Assembly (NCBI GenBank): GCA_905178155.1
Contig: CAJINV010000005.1
Span: forward strand, 2,234,054 to 2,298,053
DNA: 64,000 bases
Origin: Amoebophrya sp. A120
Lineage: Eukaryota; Protista; Dinoflagellata
Direction: 5' to 3'
Below are positions 35,417 to 45,700 of this stretch, piece after piece (the first letter of the stretch is position 1; every line of letters starts with the position of its first letter). The notes beneath the pieces were generated by a model. It saw only the letters and a program-made list of their open reading frames with translations. It had not been told where the DNA came from and did not search any database. The position numbers were made by a program, and so were the translations under genes.

Positions 35417-37803
35417 ATGCATAACGACGACAACGGGCGGAAGAAAAATGACGAAACGCAGGATCTGATGATGCGCATGTTCAATCTCGATCTGCGCGAA
35501 GGGCGAGGGCCAGAGGAATTGAACACCGAATTGAACGAGCTCTACGAAAAAGCCAACAGTTTTCTTCCCGAACAACCCAAAGACGGGGCATCATTCTCCC
35601 AAGTGGCTTCCAAGGAATCACGGGTCGCATCAATCACGAACAAATTGAGCCACAAGGTAAGATCATCATGCGCACGCAGTCCCCTCCACCTTCTTCGTCG
35701 TTCCGTGAAGCAGCGGCCGTATTGCACCCACATGATGAAGAAACGATCGGAGCGGCTACTTCAGGTGCCATCGAGTCCACCTCCGCACCGGAATACGCGA
35801 GGTTGACACCGCATGCAACGCCAGTGAGAAGAAACGTCGGACAGAGCAGTGACGAACTAAAGCACAAGACGTCAACCACTCCACTTGTTGCTGCACCTGG
35901 CTCCAGCGACGAAGCCAGGCCTCCTGCAGTCCGTCACGCGGTCAAGGAGTCGCGGAAGCAAGGTCTTGCCAAGCAGCAGGCTGCAGACGATGACGCTTCA
36001 TTAATGGAAGCAGAGATGACGTCATCGAGTGCCATCGAGGTAGCGTCTGCGGTAGCAAGAGGCAGCACTGACGCACCATCGGATCATGCTGCATCGCACG
36101 TGGTCTCGTCGATCTCCGCAGCAGTGTCAGGCAGCAGTGGTCGCACAGCGAAGACCACGCCGACTGCTGAGATAGCAGCGCCTGCCAAGACGACGTCGAA
36201 GAGAATGCTGCGGAAAGAAGTACCGGAGAGGGATGAGAAGCCGAGCTATTCAACTTTTCACCATTTTTCGTACTTTACCGTTGCCGAACTCGTGTCGTCC
36301 AAGCAGTGCGGATTATTCGGAGTCCTCGTCCTCGCCGCTTTTGCCTCGTTTCTCATTTGCTGGTGTTCCAGACGTCTGTGTGGACTTGGAGCGTCAGAAG
36401 AGCAGCAAGACCGCCGGAATGTCTCGGGGAAAGCGGTTAGGAACAAATTCTCCCGCAGTCTGGAAAAGCACGCGCCGTCCTCCTACGGAACGCTCCAGCA
36501 GTCGGGAAGAAACAACCGCGACGAGAGCAGTCCCAGCGAGCGCTGCGATGGCGGGAGGGCGAACAAGGAGTCCGCTTTTCACGTCAGTGGTTCGGACGAT
36601 GAGGAGAAGCCGAGCCGGCTGTCTTCGGCACAAGAACACATCAACAGCGGGAAGAGGATGGGATTTGGAGGTTTGGTGAATGGGGAACAGCACGTTGCTA
36701 GAGAGGATTCTGTGAACGTACAAAGGAACTACTTATTTGAAGAAGCGTCTTTTTTTTTTCACAAAAGTAATTTTTTCTTGCATAGATACGGAGGGATACG
36801 CATGTTCGAGAAGTGGATTTCAGATCAAACAACACGAAAACACTCAGGTTAGCGGCTTCTCCATGGACTACAATTCAAACCGGCAGCGCTACATAGTCGA
36901 GGGCGCCGAATCCGGGTCCGGAGACGGTTTACGGGATTGCAATACCGATACCAGTCGGAAGAAGACGACGTTTCTTGCGAGGACCAGTGGAGCAATTGCA
37001 ACCACGGTATGCTTTCGTAGTGTGATTACACTGGTGGCACGAGAAATAGAAAAATTTCGTCCGAAACAATGTGTCCGGCGTGTTTTAATTTGCTTGCATT
37101 GAATAATCGATAATACGCGATAGCGAAAACCTAATTTCGAAAACTCAAATCGACCAGAACTCGACGAGCACAAGGCTGGCTACCATGGCGCGTGGCATCA
37201 TCGGCGGAGAGAGCATCGCTCTGGAGAAGGATGACATGCTGACTCGCCGGGAAAAGGGCGTCTTTGTGACGTCGAGCACACAAGTAGAATCTGGCAGTTC
37301 GCATCAGACTGAGGGCACCGCCAAGGAGGTATTGACTGATACAAAGGTGATTCAGAATCGTCCACTGAGCGAGTCCATTTTGCATATTTGGTCCGTACAA
37401 GCAGTTGCCCTCGACCTCGAGGCCAATTTTTGCGAAGAACTACCTAGGAGTTCCCCGGCCAGTGCAGCATTTGAAACTAGCGAGGAGTTCCTAATGAAAC
37501 AGTGTAGCATCTGAAAAACTACAATTTCTACAAAACAGGCCCACGAGACTACTACTTCCGCGACGTCGAGAAACTGTGTGATCGCTGGGCATCATGTTAC
37601 TTGGCCCGACAGTGCCGTTCTGTCGCCTCCGGACGCTTATCACGGAAGCGACCGCCAAGACTCGCTGGTGTAGCCCTCGGCGGGGACGACGGAGGGAAGA
37701 CGATGATGTGTCTCAGAACTACACTAACGGGAATGATTTTATGCGAATCACAGCTGCATATATTGATTTCAAAGAAAATGATACGGAAAAGGTAGGGACC
37801 TGA
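35417..37803 (+). CDS. Hypothetical multi-exon single-pass membrane protein
   Basis: Chain of + ORFs with GT-AG joins (e.g. ~36718-36847, ~37007-37158) and a TM segment GLFGVLVLAAFASFLICWC. Exact structure uncertain. Confidence 0.5.
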
Positions 37804-39105
37804 AGTTCCGACTCAATATGACCGAGTATGTAGGTATGCTCTGTGTCTTCAGTTGCAAAACCAAATATGATGATAGTGAGAGATATGAATAAATCAACTT
37901 CACATACTTACATTGTTTAACAACTCCCCTAGGTACTTACGAAGTAAGTGAAAAAATCACCAATGCCTTATGGTTGAGCTTCAAAGCAACCACTGCGAAA
38001 CTGGCTGTTTTACGGACAGCACGAAGAATATCAGAATTGCCAGACAGCCACCAGCTAAGCAAATCGACTGATTCACGTAGATAGAGAGGATGTTTTCATC
38101 GTAGATTTTTCCTAGCGCTCGTGTATCTTTTGCTCCAATAAAAAACGAATCAGACGCAAAGCCATTGATAGAACACCTAGCATCGAAAGTCGTAGCGCAG
38201 CAAGGCATTCCCATGCTTACCCTCTATGAAACATATGCGTTTATAATAGCTGCAGCATTTGCCAGGCTGTGAACAGGTATTTAATTATAGCACCGTAAGT
38301 AGAAGCACGGGTAGCTACGCGTCTGCGCAGCAAGCGTTTCAATTAGAGGCGAAGGGTATGGCAAAACGATTTCGCAGCAACACGTTGAAAGAATACTTCA
38401 ATGAACATAAACAAATGACTTTACATCTTCTGTAGCAGCTCCTCAGCAAAATTTCTAACTCGTAAAGAATTTTTTATCGTTCTTCACAATTAAGTGTTAC
38501 CCTTCTTTGACGTTTTTAATCCCGCCCCAGGTAAAATGAATGTATAGCTAAGCAATGCAAATTTTGTAAAATCCAAACCTTATCGTTATCCACCTGTATT
38601 TGATTTGCGAAGTCAGAATTGTACAGTATTCGTCGTTTTCAATCTAATGGAACTGGAAGGGCTTTTTAGCTATGCGCTGACGCAGTGCTACACATTGCCA
38701 CTGGTGGTCGAGAGGAAGTACCAAAAGAAATGCTGTTTGTTCTACCCCACTGCGTTTTGAGTTTGCTGATTTGCAGACCTGATCGCAGATGAGTGGACAT
38801 GCAACGCAAGCTAGTGCTTTTGTTTTGGTCTCCGTCTTGCACCGGTAACAAGTACTCACACCCACACGTCACCATGATCCCATACGCATTTCCGAGCGAT
38901 CTGCTTTTGCAAGTTTCTTTTTGCCTAGGCTCCTGCCCAGGTAGGTTCGCACCAGGTCGCATTTGCTTAACGCCATGGCCTTCAAACAGTTGTTTTCGTC
39001 TCGAACACCGGTCGCGCTGTCATGCGGCCGGGGGTGCTTTACAGAAAGAATGGGACGATCCGCGCGCGTCCGGGTGGGTCGTGCTCTTTTCTTCCTGTGG
39101 CAGAC

Positions 39106-42100
39106 ATGGTCGTGTGGAAGAGTGTACGGCGGTCAAGCCAGGTCACCAGCAGCTTCTGGACTGCTGGAAGCACGAAGGACTGTGATTCAACACGTGCGCC
39201 GTCCTGTGTGCGTGCATTCACTACCTTCTATCGGCCGATCCAGGAGAAGTTGCTTGGGCGCGGGACGGCCTGTGTCAAAGAGTTGCGGGGACGACATGAG
39301 AAGCAGTTTTCTTCGATCTCCGCCGCACGGATCAAAAATGCCATCCAGCAACATCACCAGGAGCAAGCCCCCGCTCGAAACCCGGCTACTGTGGGCACTG
39401 CACGTGGCACGCAAGTTTTCCCTCCGCTCCAACAAAACCTCGACACCGACGCCAAATTGATCCAGAGTTGCTACCGCCTTGTCACGGAACGGGTAGATCG
39501 CCCGATCGCGGTGAATCTCATCCCGCAACTCGACTGCAGCAACTTACTCGGCTTCCCATCGCCGAGTCTGGCGAGTTTGATGAAGTTGAAAACGAAGAAG
39601 TCACTCACAAAAAACCCCCGAACAACCAGCCCTACTGTGCCCGCCGGCCGCCAGTCGCTCCTCCGTGAGGTCTTACTCCAGAAGGAAGCCGCGATCTTAC
39701 ACTCCGCTACCTACCAGCAGACCGGAGCGCATAGTGTCGTTTTCCTGACTCGCGTCGGCGATTTTTACGAGGCTTGGGGTTTTGACGCGGTGCTCTGTGT
39801 GCAGTTTTGCGGGCTGAATCCTATGGGCGGCAAGGCGAAGTGCGGCTGTCCGAAGAGTTTGGTGCAGCAGACCTGCGACGCGCTCACCACGCAGGGTTTT
39901 TCCGTCGCGATCTACGAGGAAGTGGCCGGGGACGTGGTGAAACGAAAAAACGCACAACTGAAACAGCGGTTTCTGGCACAGATCGTCACCGCGGCGCAGC
40001 CAACTTATCGGTATGGAATGTCTATTTGCTCGGCGGGTACGGGGGCAAGTCTGGCGTCTAGCACCACTTCGACTGCTACCGATAAGGTTGACACCACCCA
40101 TTCCCCGATCCTCGGCGCGGGTCTCGAGTTCATGACGAAATCCAGTCTGCAGCCCCGTCCTGTCGTCGCCCTCCGTCGCTCCGTCGATCGCGGGTTCGAC
40201 CTCTGCGAGATTGATTTGGAAAGCCAAACCTTCCGGCGCCTCCGCGGACTGACGCGGGAAGCGGTCCGCACGCAGCTGGAGCGGCTCCCGGGCGTGGCGC
40301 AGTTGGTCTGCTTCCACTGCAGCCCGGCGCAACTGCCCTTTCTGCGGGAGTACACTACGACTGCGCCGGCTTTGGTGTACCGGGTTGGGATGCTGGGAGG
40401 CGGGGCTTTCCCGGGGACGACCGGAGCAGGTGGACAAGATGTTGGAGCTAGACCCTCTGGTGCAGGAAATGGTGTTTTTGTGGCAAATTTCGTCCACCAA
40501 GCATTGCGGATGCTGCAGGTTAACGACAGTGAAATTGCAAATTTTCGTGAGGTCAGCTGCTCATCATCAGCCTCATCCGATGGGCATCAAACTCTTCAAA
40601 ACCACGAAGACCTGCCAGTTCTCCCCCCACTCGGTGTGGGCGTCGCGAGGTTCCTCGGCCTGACAAGCACGAAAATCGGAGGAGGCGGTCCTCTTCGGGG
40701 CAGTTTTGCAAACGGTGAAACAACGTCCAGCCCTTCCTCCCCTAACCTGATCAGCTGCTTACTGCCCCAAAACAGCCCGGCCTACGCCCACCGCTGGCTG
40801 CAGGAGTGGCTGTTGTCACCGCCCGTCTCCAAGCTTCGAACCTGTTTCGCCGAAGCCGTGAAATACTTTCGGGACACGAACCAGCCGCTGCCTGGGCCGG
40901 AGTCCCTCCGGCCGGTGAAGTTTGATTTCGCCAGCTGCCACAACTTTCACCAGGCCGGCAGCGAGTTCCAGGTGCTGAAAAAGTCGCTGAAAGCGTTTTT
41001 GGACGTGGAGAAACGGTTCCGAGGGAAAATCGTGGAAACCTCTATTTTCCCCATTGCCGCCTACCACTCCGGCGTGCCTGCGAGTGTGGACGTTGTCCGG
41101 ATTGCGGAAAAATTAGTGCGGAGGATCGAGGAGACGGTCGTCGACGAGACGGCGGCGCGTTTTGGAGACGTGAACGCAACCGGGACAAACGCTTTTGATA
41201 GTGCTGTAGGAGATGAGGAGATAGACTCAATATATGTTGCCACCGACACTCACGCGACAACGAGGCAACAGCCTGATTTTCTCAAAGAGCTCCTCGACTT
41301 CGCCGCGCACAAAGAGGCCGCACTGAACCAGAGCAACATCCTTGTGTGCCGCGAAGGCCTACGTGACGCATTCGACGCTTTCCAGGGGTACGCGGATTTA
41401 CAGGTCGGAAAAGGGTTTCGGATTGTTTTCAGAAAAGCGTTGCCGCCAAAACGGGCGGCGGAGGGGGGATTTTCGGGAGGTGGCGATGGTACAGCCGCTG
41501 GCTTTTCTCCTTCACCCGCGCACGACTCCGCGATTGTTTTTCAGGACGCACTCTACCTCGCACCGGTGACGAAAAAAGTTCAAGTTGCCAAAAGTCCTCG
41601 TGGTGATTCGGCTGCAATTATTGACGAGGCCGAGAACCATCAACATCCATCAGACCCTTCGTCATTCTCTTCCCCACATGAACCAACCAAGTTTTCGAAA
41701 AAATCGTCCACCTCGACTCTCGGCCCCCGCTACCGCCACGGTGGCTACCGGCCGCTTGATTTGGTCCGACTGGAGCGAGATTACCTGAGGGAACTCGAAA
41801 ATTGCGAACACGCCGCAAATGCCAAGATTCGCAAGCTAGCACAGGAAATCCAATCCGAGACCGCGGCTGTCGCATTTATTTCCCACACTTTGGTAGTTGT
41901 TTCTGTCGCATCACTCCATGCGGAAGAGAGTTTACGACGCGGCTGGACCTTTGTGGAAGGCGGATTTGAAGAAGAGAGTAGTAACACTCTGACTAGCAGG
42001 ATAGATGATAAGCACGACAAGAATTCCGCCAGCACTGCCTCGCTTGCTGAAGAGACTGAAAAACCTCCCGCAGCTATCCACCTCCGCCATCTCTACCCGT

Positions 42101-43578
42101 ATTGGCTTCAGTCCCCCACAGACACTGCAAATCCGCAAAACGCGAACACCATTTCGCTCCAAACTGCGAACTCCGTTGTCGTCCTCACTGCGCCGAACGC
42201 AAGTGGAAAATCCTGTCTGCTCCGTTCCTTCCTCGCCGTCGTTTTGCTCCACCACTGCGGTTTGTTCGCTCCGGTCGCAGCAGAATCCTTTCTGACAACC
42301 CGAATCTCTTCCCTCCAAGCCTTCCACCCGACGGGCGACTGTCCGGTGGAGAATCGGTCAGCGTTTGAAAACGAAATCGCGCAAATGTCCGAGATCCTAC
42401 AGGAGGTTAACGACTACCACTCTAGGACGAAGAAACCATCTCTCATCATGATCGACGAGTTTGGACGGGGGACCAGCGCCCGGGAAGCGACGGCCTTGGC
42501 GGCCGCGATTTTGGAGTATTTGAAACCGCCAAACGGGTTCACGTGCACGATTTTCGCCACGCACTTGCACGAAATTTACCCATTGTTGGAGACAGGAATA
42601 ACTGCAACGAGTTGCATGGCGAGAACGAGTGATGAAGAAGAAAGTGAAGAAGCTGGTGCTGCAAAAATCGACGCTGTTGGAACAACCAAAGGCGGTGGCG
42701 GATCTGGTGAAAGAGCAACTACAACTGAAGCGAAGAATGAGCAAGAAAGCGACTACCTCTTCTGGCGCATGGCCGCGAACTACAAGCTAGAGTCGGGAAA
42801 GTGCACGAACAGCGAGGCCCTGCACTGCGCGAAACGCGGGGGATTGCCGGCGAAGATTTTGGAACGGGCGGAAGCGCTGTTGCAAATGGAACAGGAGCAC
42901 CAAATGGAAGGAGCTGCTAGCGGTGCGATTTTTCGTCCTGCTATTCAAGCTGGAGCAGTTGTGACTGCGGCAGACCCGGTGTCAGACACAACCGAGTTAG
43001 AAGACGCTGCACCAAAGAACTTCCCGATGGCTCAGTCAGAATCTCACGTAAAACACGACTGCCCTCATTCGCAAGACATTAACGCATTCGAAGAAAACCA
43101 GCCTGACCCGGAAACAGCGCAGTTGGACGTGATTAAACTCCTGATGCAGCAGTTGGCAAGCACACAGCAGAAGCAACATCAGACGTCGGGACTGTTTCCT
43201 CCTGATTCAGATTCAACCTGCAATTCTTCAAAAATCGACATCCTCGAGTTGTCCGAAGCCCACTCCCGTCCGCCAGCCTCCGTGAACGCTAGACCCTGCG
43301 TGTACTGCTTCAAACTGCAAGAATCCGGCAGATTCTACGTCGGCGAGACGGCGTCGCTGCGCCAGCGGCTGATGTACCACAAGCGAACGAAAGGCAGCTG
43401 GTCGACTTGTCTGTGCGTTGTTGTGAACGACAAATCCGCGGCGCAATTTGTCGAGACGGCGTTGATCCAGGAGCTGTGTCGTCGCGAATTCCCGATGCAC
43501 AGCGCCAATGACGGGAACCGGAGGGTGGCGAGGGGAGGGGGTCGTCCGGGTGGAGGATTTGGTGGCGGCGGGGGTTGA
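39106..43578 (+). CDS. MSH1: Plant-type organellar MutS homolog 1 (MutS domains + C-terminal GIY-YIG endonuclease)
   Basis: RVGDFYEAWGFDAVLCVQFCGLNPMGG...GCP...QQTCDALTTQGFSVAIYEEV (MSH1-type domain I); LYPYW; Walker A TAPNASGKS; DCPVENRSAFENE; LIMIDEFGRGT; IFATHLH; GIY-YIG CVYCF...FYVGETASLRQRL.YH...KSAAQFVETALIQEL. ATG 39106 follows a pyrimidine-AG site and opens an R/S-rich presequence-like stretch. Confidence 0.92.
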   Translation: MVVWKSVRRSSQVTSSFWTAGSTKDCDSTRAPSCVRAFTTFYRPIQEKLLGRGTACVKELRGRHEKQFSSISAARIKNAIQQHHQEQAPARNPATVGTARGTQVFPPLQQNLDTDAKLIQSCYRLVTERVDRPIAVNLIPQLDCSNLLGFPSPSLASLMKLKTKKSLTKNPRTTSPTVPAGRQSLLREVLLQKEAAILHSATYQQTGAHSVVFLTRVGDFYEAWGFDAVLCVQFCGLNPMGGKAKCGCPKSLVQQTCDALTTQGFSVAIYEEVAGDVVKRKNAQLKQRFLAQIVTAAQPTYRYGMSICSAGTGASLASSTTSTATDKVDTTHSPILGAGLEFMTKSSLQPRPVVALRRSVDRGFDLCEIDLESQTFRRLRGLTREAVRTQLERLPGVAQLVCFHCSPAQLPFLREYTTTAPALVYRVGMLGGGAFPGTTGAGGQDVGARPSGAGNGVFVANFVHQALRMLQVNDSEIANFREVSCSSSASSDGHQTLQNHEDLPVLPPLGVGVARFLGLTSTKIGGGGPLRGSFANGETTSSPSSPNLISCLLPQNSPAYAHRWLQEWLLSPPVSKLRTCFAEAVKYFRDTNQPLPGPESLRPVKFDFASCHNFHQAGSEFQVLKKSLKAFLDVEKRFRGKIVETSIFPIAAYHSGVPASVDVVRIAEKLVRRIEETVVDETAARFGDVNATGTNAFDSAVGDEEIDSIYVATDTHATTRQQPDFLKELLDFAAHKEAALNQSNILVCREGLRDAFDAFQGYADLQVGKGFRIVFRKALPPKRAAEGGFSGGGDGTAAGFSPSPAHDSAIVFQDALYLAPVTKKVQVAKSPRGDSAAIIDEAENHQHPSDPSSFSSPHEPTKFSKKSSTSTLGPRYRHGGYRPLDLVRLERDYLRELENCEHAANAKIRKLAQEIQSETAAVAFISHTLVVVSVASLHAEESLRRGWTFVEGGFEEESSNTLTSRIDDKHDKNSASTASLAEETEKPPAAIHLRHLYPYWLQSPTDTANPQNANTISLQTANSVVVLTAPNASGKSCLLRSFLAVVLLHHCGLFAPVAAESFLTTRISSLQAFHPTGDCPVENRSAFENEIAQMSEILQEVNDYHSRTKKPSLIMIDEFGRGTSAREATALAAAILEYLKPPNGFTCTIFATHLHEIYPLLETGITATSCMARTSDEEESEEAGAAKIDAVGTTKGGGGSGERATTTEAKNEQESDYLFWRMAANYKLESGKCTNSEALHCAKRGGLPAKILERAEALLQMEQEHQMEGAASGAIFRPAIQAGAVVTAADPVSDTTELEDAAPKNFPMAQSESHVKHDCPHSQDINAFEENQPDPETAQLDVIKLLMQQLASTQQKQHQTSGLFPPDSDSTCNSSKIDILELSEAHSRPPASVNARPCVYCFKLQESGRFYVGETASLRQRLMYHKRTKGSWSTCLCVVVNDKSAAQFVETALIQELCRREFPMHSANDGNRRVARGGGRPGGGFGGGGG

Positions 43579-45700
43579 TGTGCTACTTCTTTGTAAAACA
43601 AATCGACCTAAGTTGCGCTTCCTATCATTAGTAAATTTTGCACTTCCACCTCTACTAGTAGTTTCAAAGAAAATATAACGAGTCTCGTTTTAAGTTTTTG
43701 CATTTTCGTTCTGATTGGTACGGTAGTACTAGCAGGCGTCTTTTTTTGAATTCTACCAACATGATTTTCTTTTGTACAATTGACCTCCAGCTCTTGTGGG
43801 CGGGACGAAAATTTCTTGTAGATAAAGATATGTTTTGGACGATGGTATCGTCGCGCGAACATCTTGTCGAGTCACTTTCTTTTTCGTCAGACAAGAACTT
43901 CTCTGTACCTGGATCTATTCCCATGTCCTACCTCTGTGAAAGATGAAGGACGTTGCAGCCCTTTCCCTTTCGCGAGGAATACAGGTTTCCACAGGAATAT
44001 TTTATCTGTTCACATCTCCCCAAATTAGCTCGAGCGACAGAGCAGAACAGGTATCATTTTTCAATGCATGCATTCTGGTTCTTTTTCATGCAGTGTGAGA
44101 TGGCGAGCAACAGCAAGGATGGTGATAGTGCGGCTAGAAAATCAGTTTGATGGCTCCAGTAGATGAGAGTTGCACCAGAATCATTCAAAGTTATTGGTTT
44201 CTATCAGTCATTGTCTCTCATCACAAGAGCAACGTGCAGCTTCGTGAGAACGTGGTCACAGCTCTTTTGAAAATTGGCGGTGCGAATTCAAGTGGAGCGC
44301 AGTGCCTGAGCGGAGAGCTTGACAGACCAAGTAACTCAGTCAGTAGTACACCATTCTGATATCCGCACGACCACCCAGTATTTTCATCATGTGAGAGCGC
44401 ACGACCCAGCATTTCTGTCCAAAAAAAATAGCAGCTTTGGATTTTTTGACGCCGGTTTTGTTTTGCATAAGAAGCACGACAACTCAAGGGTGAGTAGAAG
44501 CAAACTAGGGAAAACTTGTTCTAACCGAATTAAGGAAGAGCCGTTTGCTTGTAGCTCTAGTCTTCGAGGTCTTTTATTCTTGCTGTATTTAATGTCGCAC
44601 GGCTTTCACTCATCTTTAGCTTTACAATACCTTGCCTATACTAGCCCCCCCTGGCCCCGTCCCTCTCTGCACCTAGTTTGATGTGGCCGTAATTTTTCAA
44701 CAGCGTACTAAACAGCTCCGGTAACTTAGTGACCAGCAAAAATCGGCACTGTAATCGATACTGCCTACTTCCACATGAAGGTCTCACACACACATAATCG
44801 GGTTGGTTGTCTTTATTGGTGTCTACCATTTTGAACTTTTGACGATGTATTTTTCTCTCGACCAACGGTAGAAGTAAAACGTTAGAAATAAAAATATCAT
44901 TTGTTACACGTCTAAACTCCAGAGCCAACTAACTTCATCAAGTGGTTTCAGGCTGCTGACGGGCTCAACCTTAGTCCTGTCGGCTTCCTAACTTACATAG
45001 CTGTCATCTAGAGAAAGGGTTGTAGCAGGTACAGGAAGTTGTTGTAACTTTCTCTGGAAACTACAAATGTCATGTACACTAGTTTTTGCTCCAAAACCAA
45101 AACTTAAAGCGGCCGCAAAATCAGATAACGTCCTTGTCGTCCATGTGGTGCTCCTTCGTGTGTTTGTGTGTGTGATTTTTAGCAGCTTTCACTACTCTCC
45201 TGTCGCATGAGACAGTTCATTTACGACTACATTTTTTTACGCAGCTTAAACTTAAACGGTGAAAAACGATACATGTAGGTGCGGCTTCTTCCTGCTATAG
45301 TGGTACCTGCTCACCACTTGATCTACGTCTAGCTGCAGGCCTATTTTTGTGGTATTTTGTGTAGCCCACTGTGTCTCGTTTTCATCTGTTTTCGGGCCGG
45401 AGGGGCACATCGCTCGACCGGGCCGATCTTGTGATCACTTCTTTACACAAGTTTTGCTTCACGTCGTGCGTCTTCACAATTCTGAGCACTCCTGAGCGAT
45501 CACGATACACCGGACGCCACTCATTGTTCCTTGACTAGGATATCAGTGCTCCAGCTACGGCTCGTGAAAACTTGCGGCTCGTCCCAGCATCTTCATCTGG
45601 ATACGACCGTTCGTCCCCGGCTGAAGAAAAGCTTGCCGTTTGCTACCCTTGCTCCGGCGTGACGTGAAGATTTTCCTCGTTTTTGACGCGTTTTTGATGC

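Noticed and set aside
37900-38900. Possible minus-strand spliced gene (reverse GTAAG donor motifs, short ORFs)
   Set aside because: Could not assemble a coherent reading frame or recognise any domain.
39022-43578. Bacterial MutS/MutS2 or nuclear MSH2-6 assignment
   Set aside because: The GLNPxGG domain-I signature, PYW motif and C-terminal GIY-YIG (not Smr) are characteristic of plant-type MSH1.
43600-45500. Short ORFs in the AT-rich gap after MSH1
   Set aside because: No coding-like composition, motifs or repeat structure that I can support.
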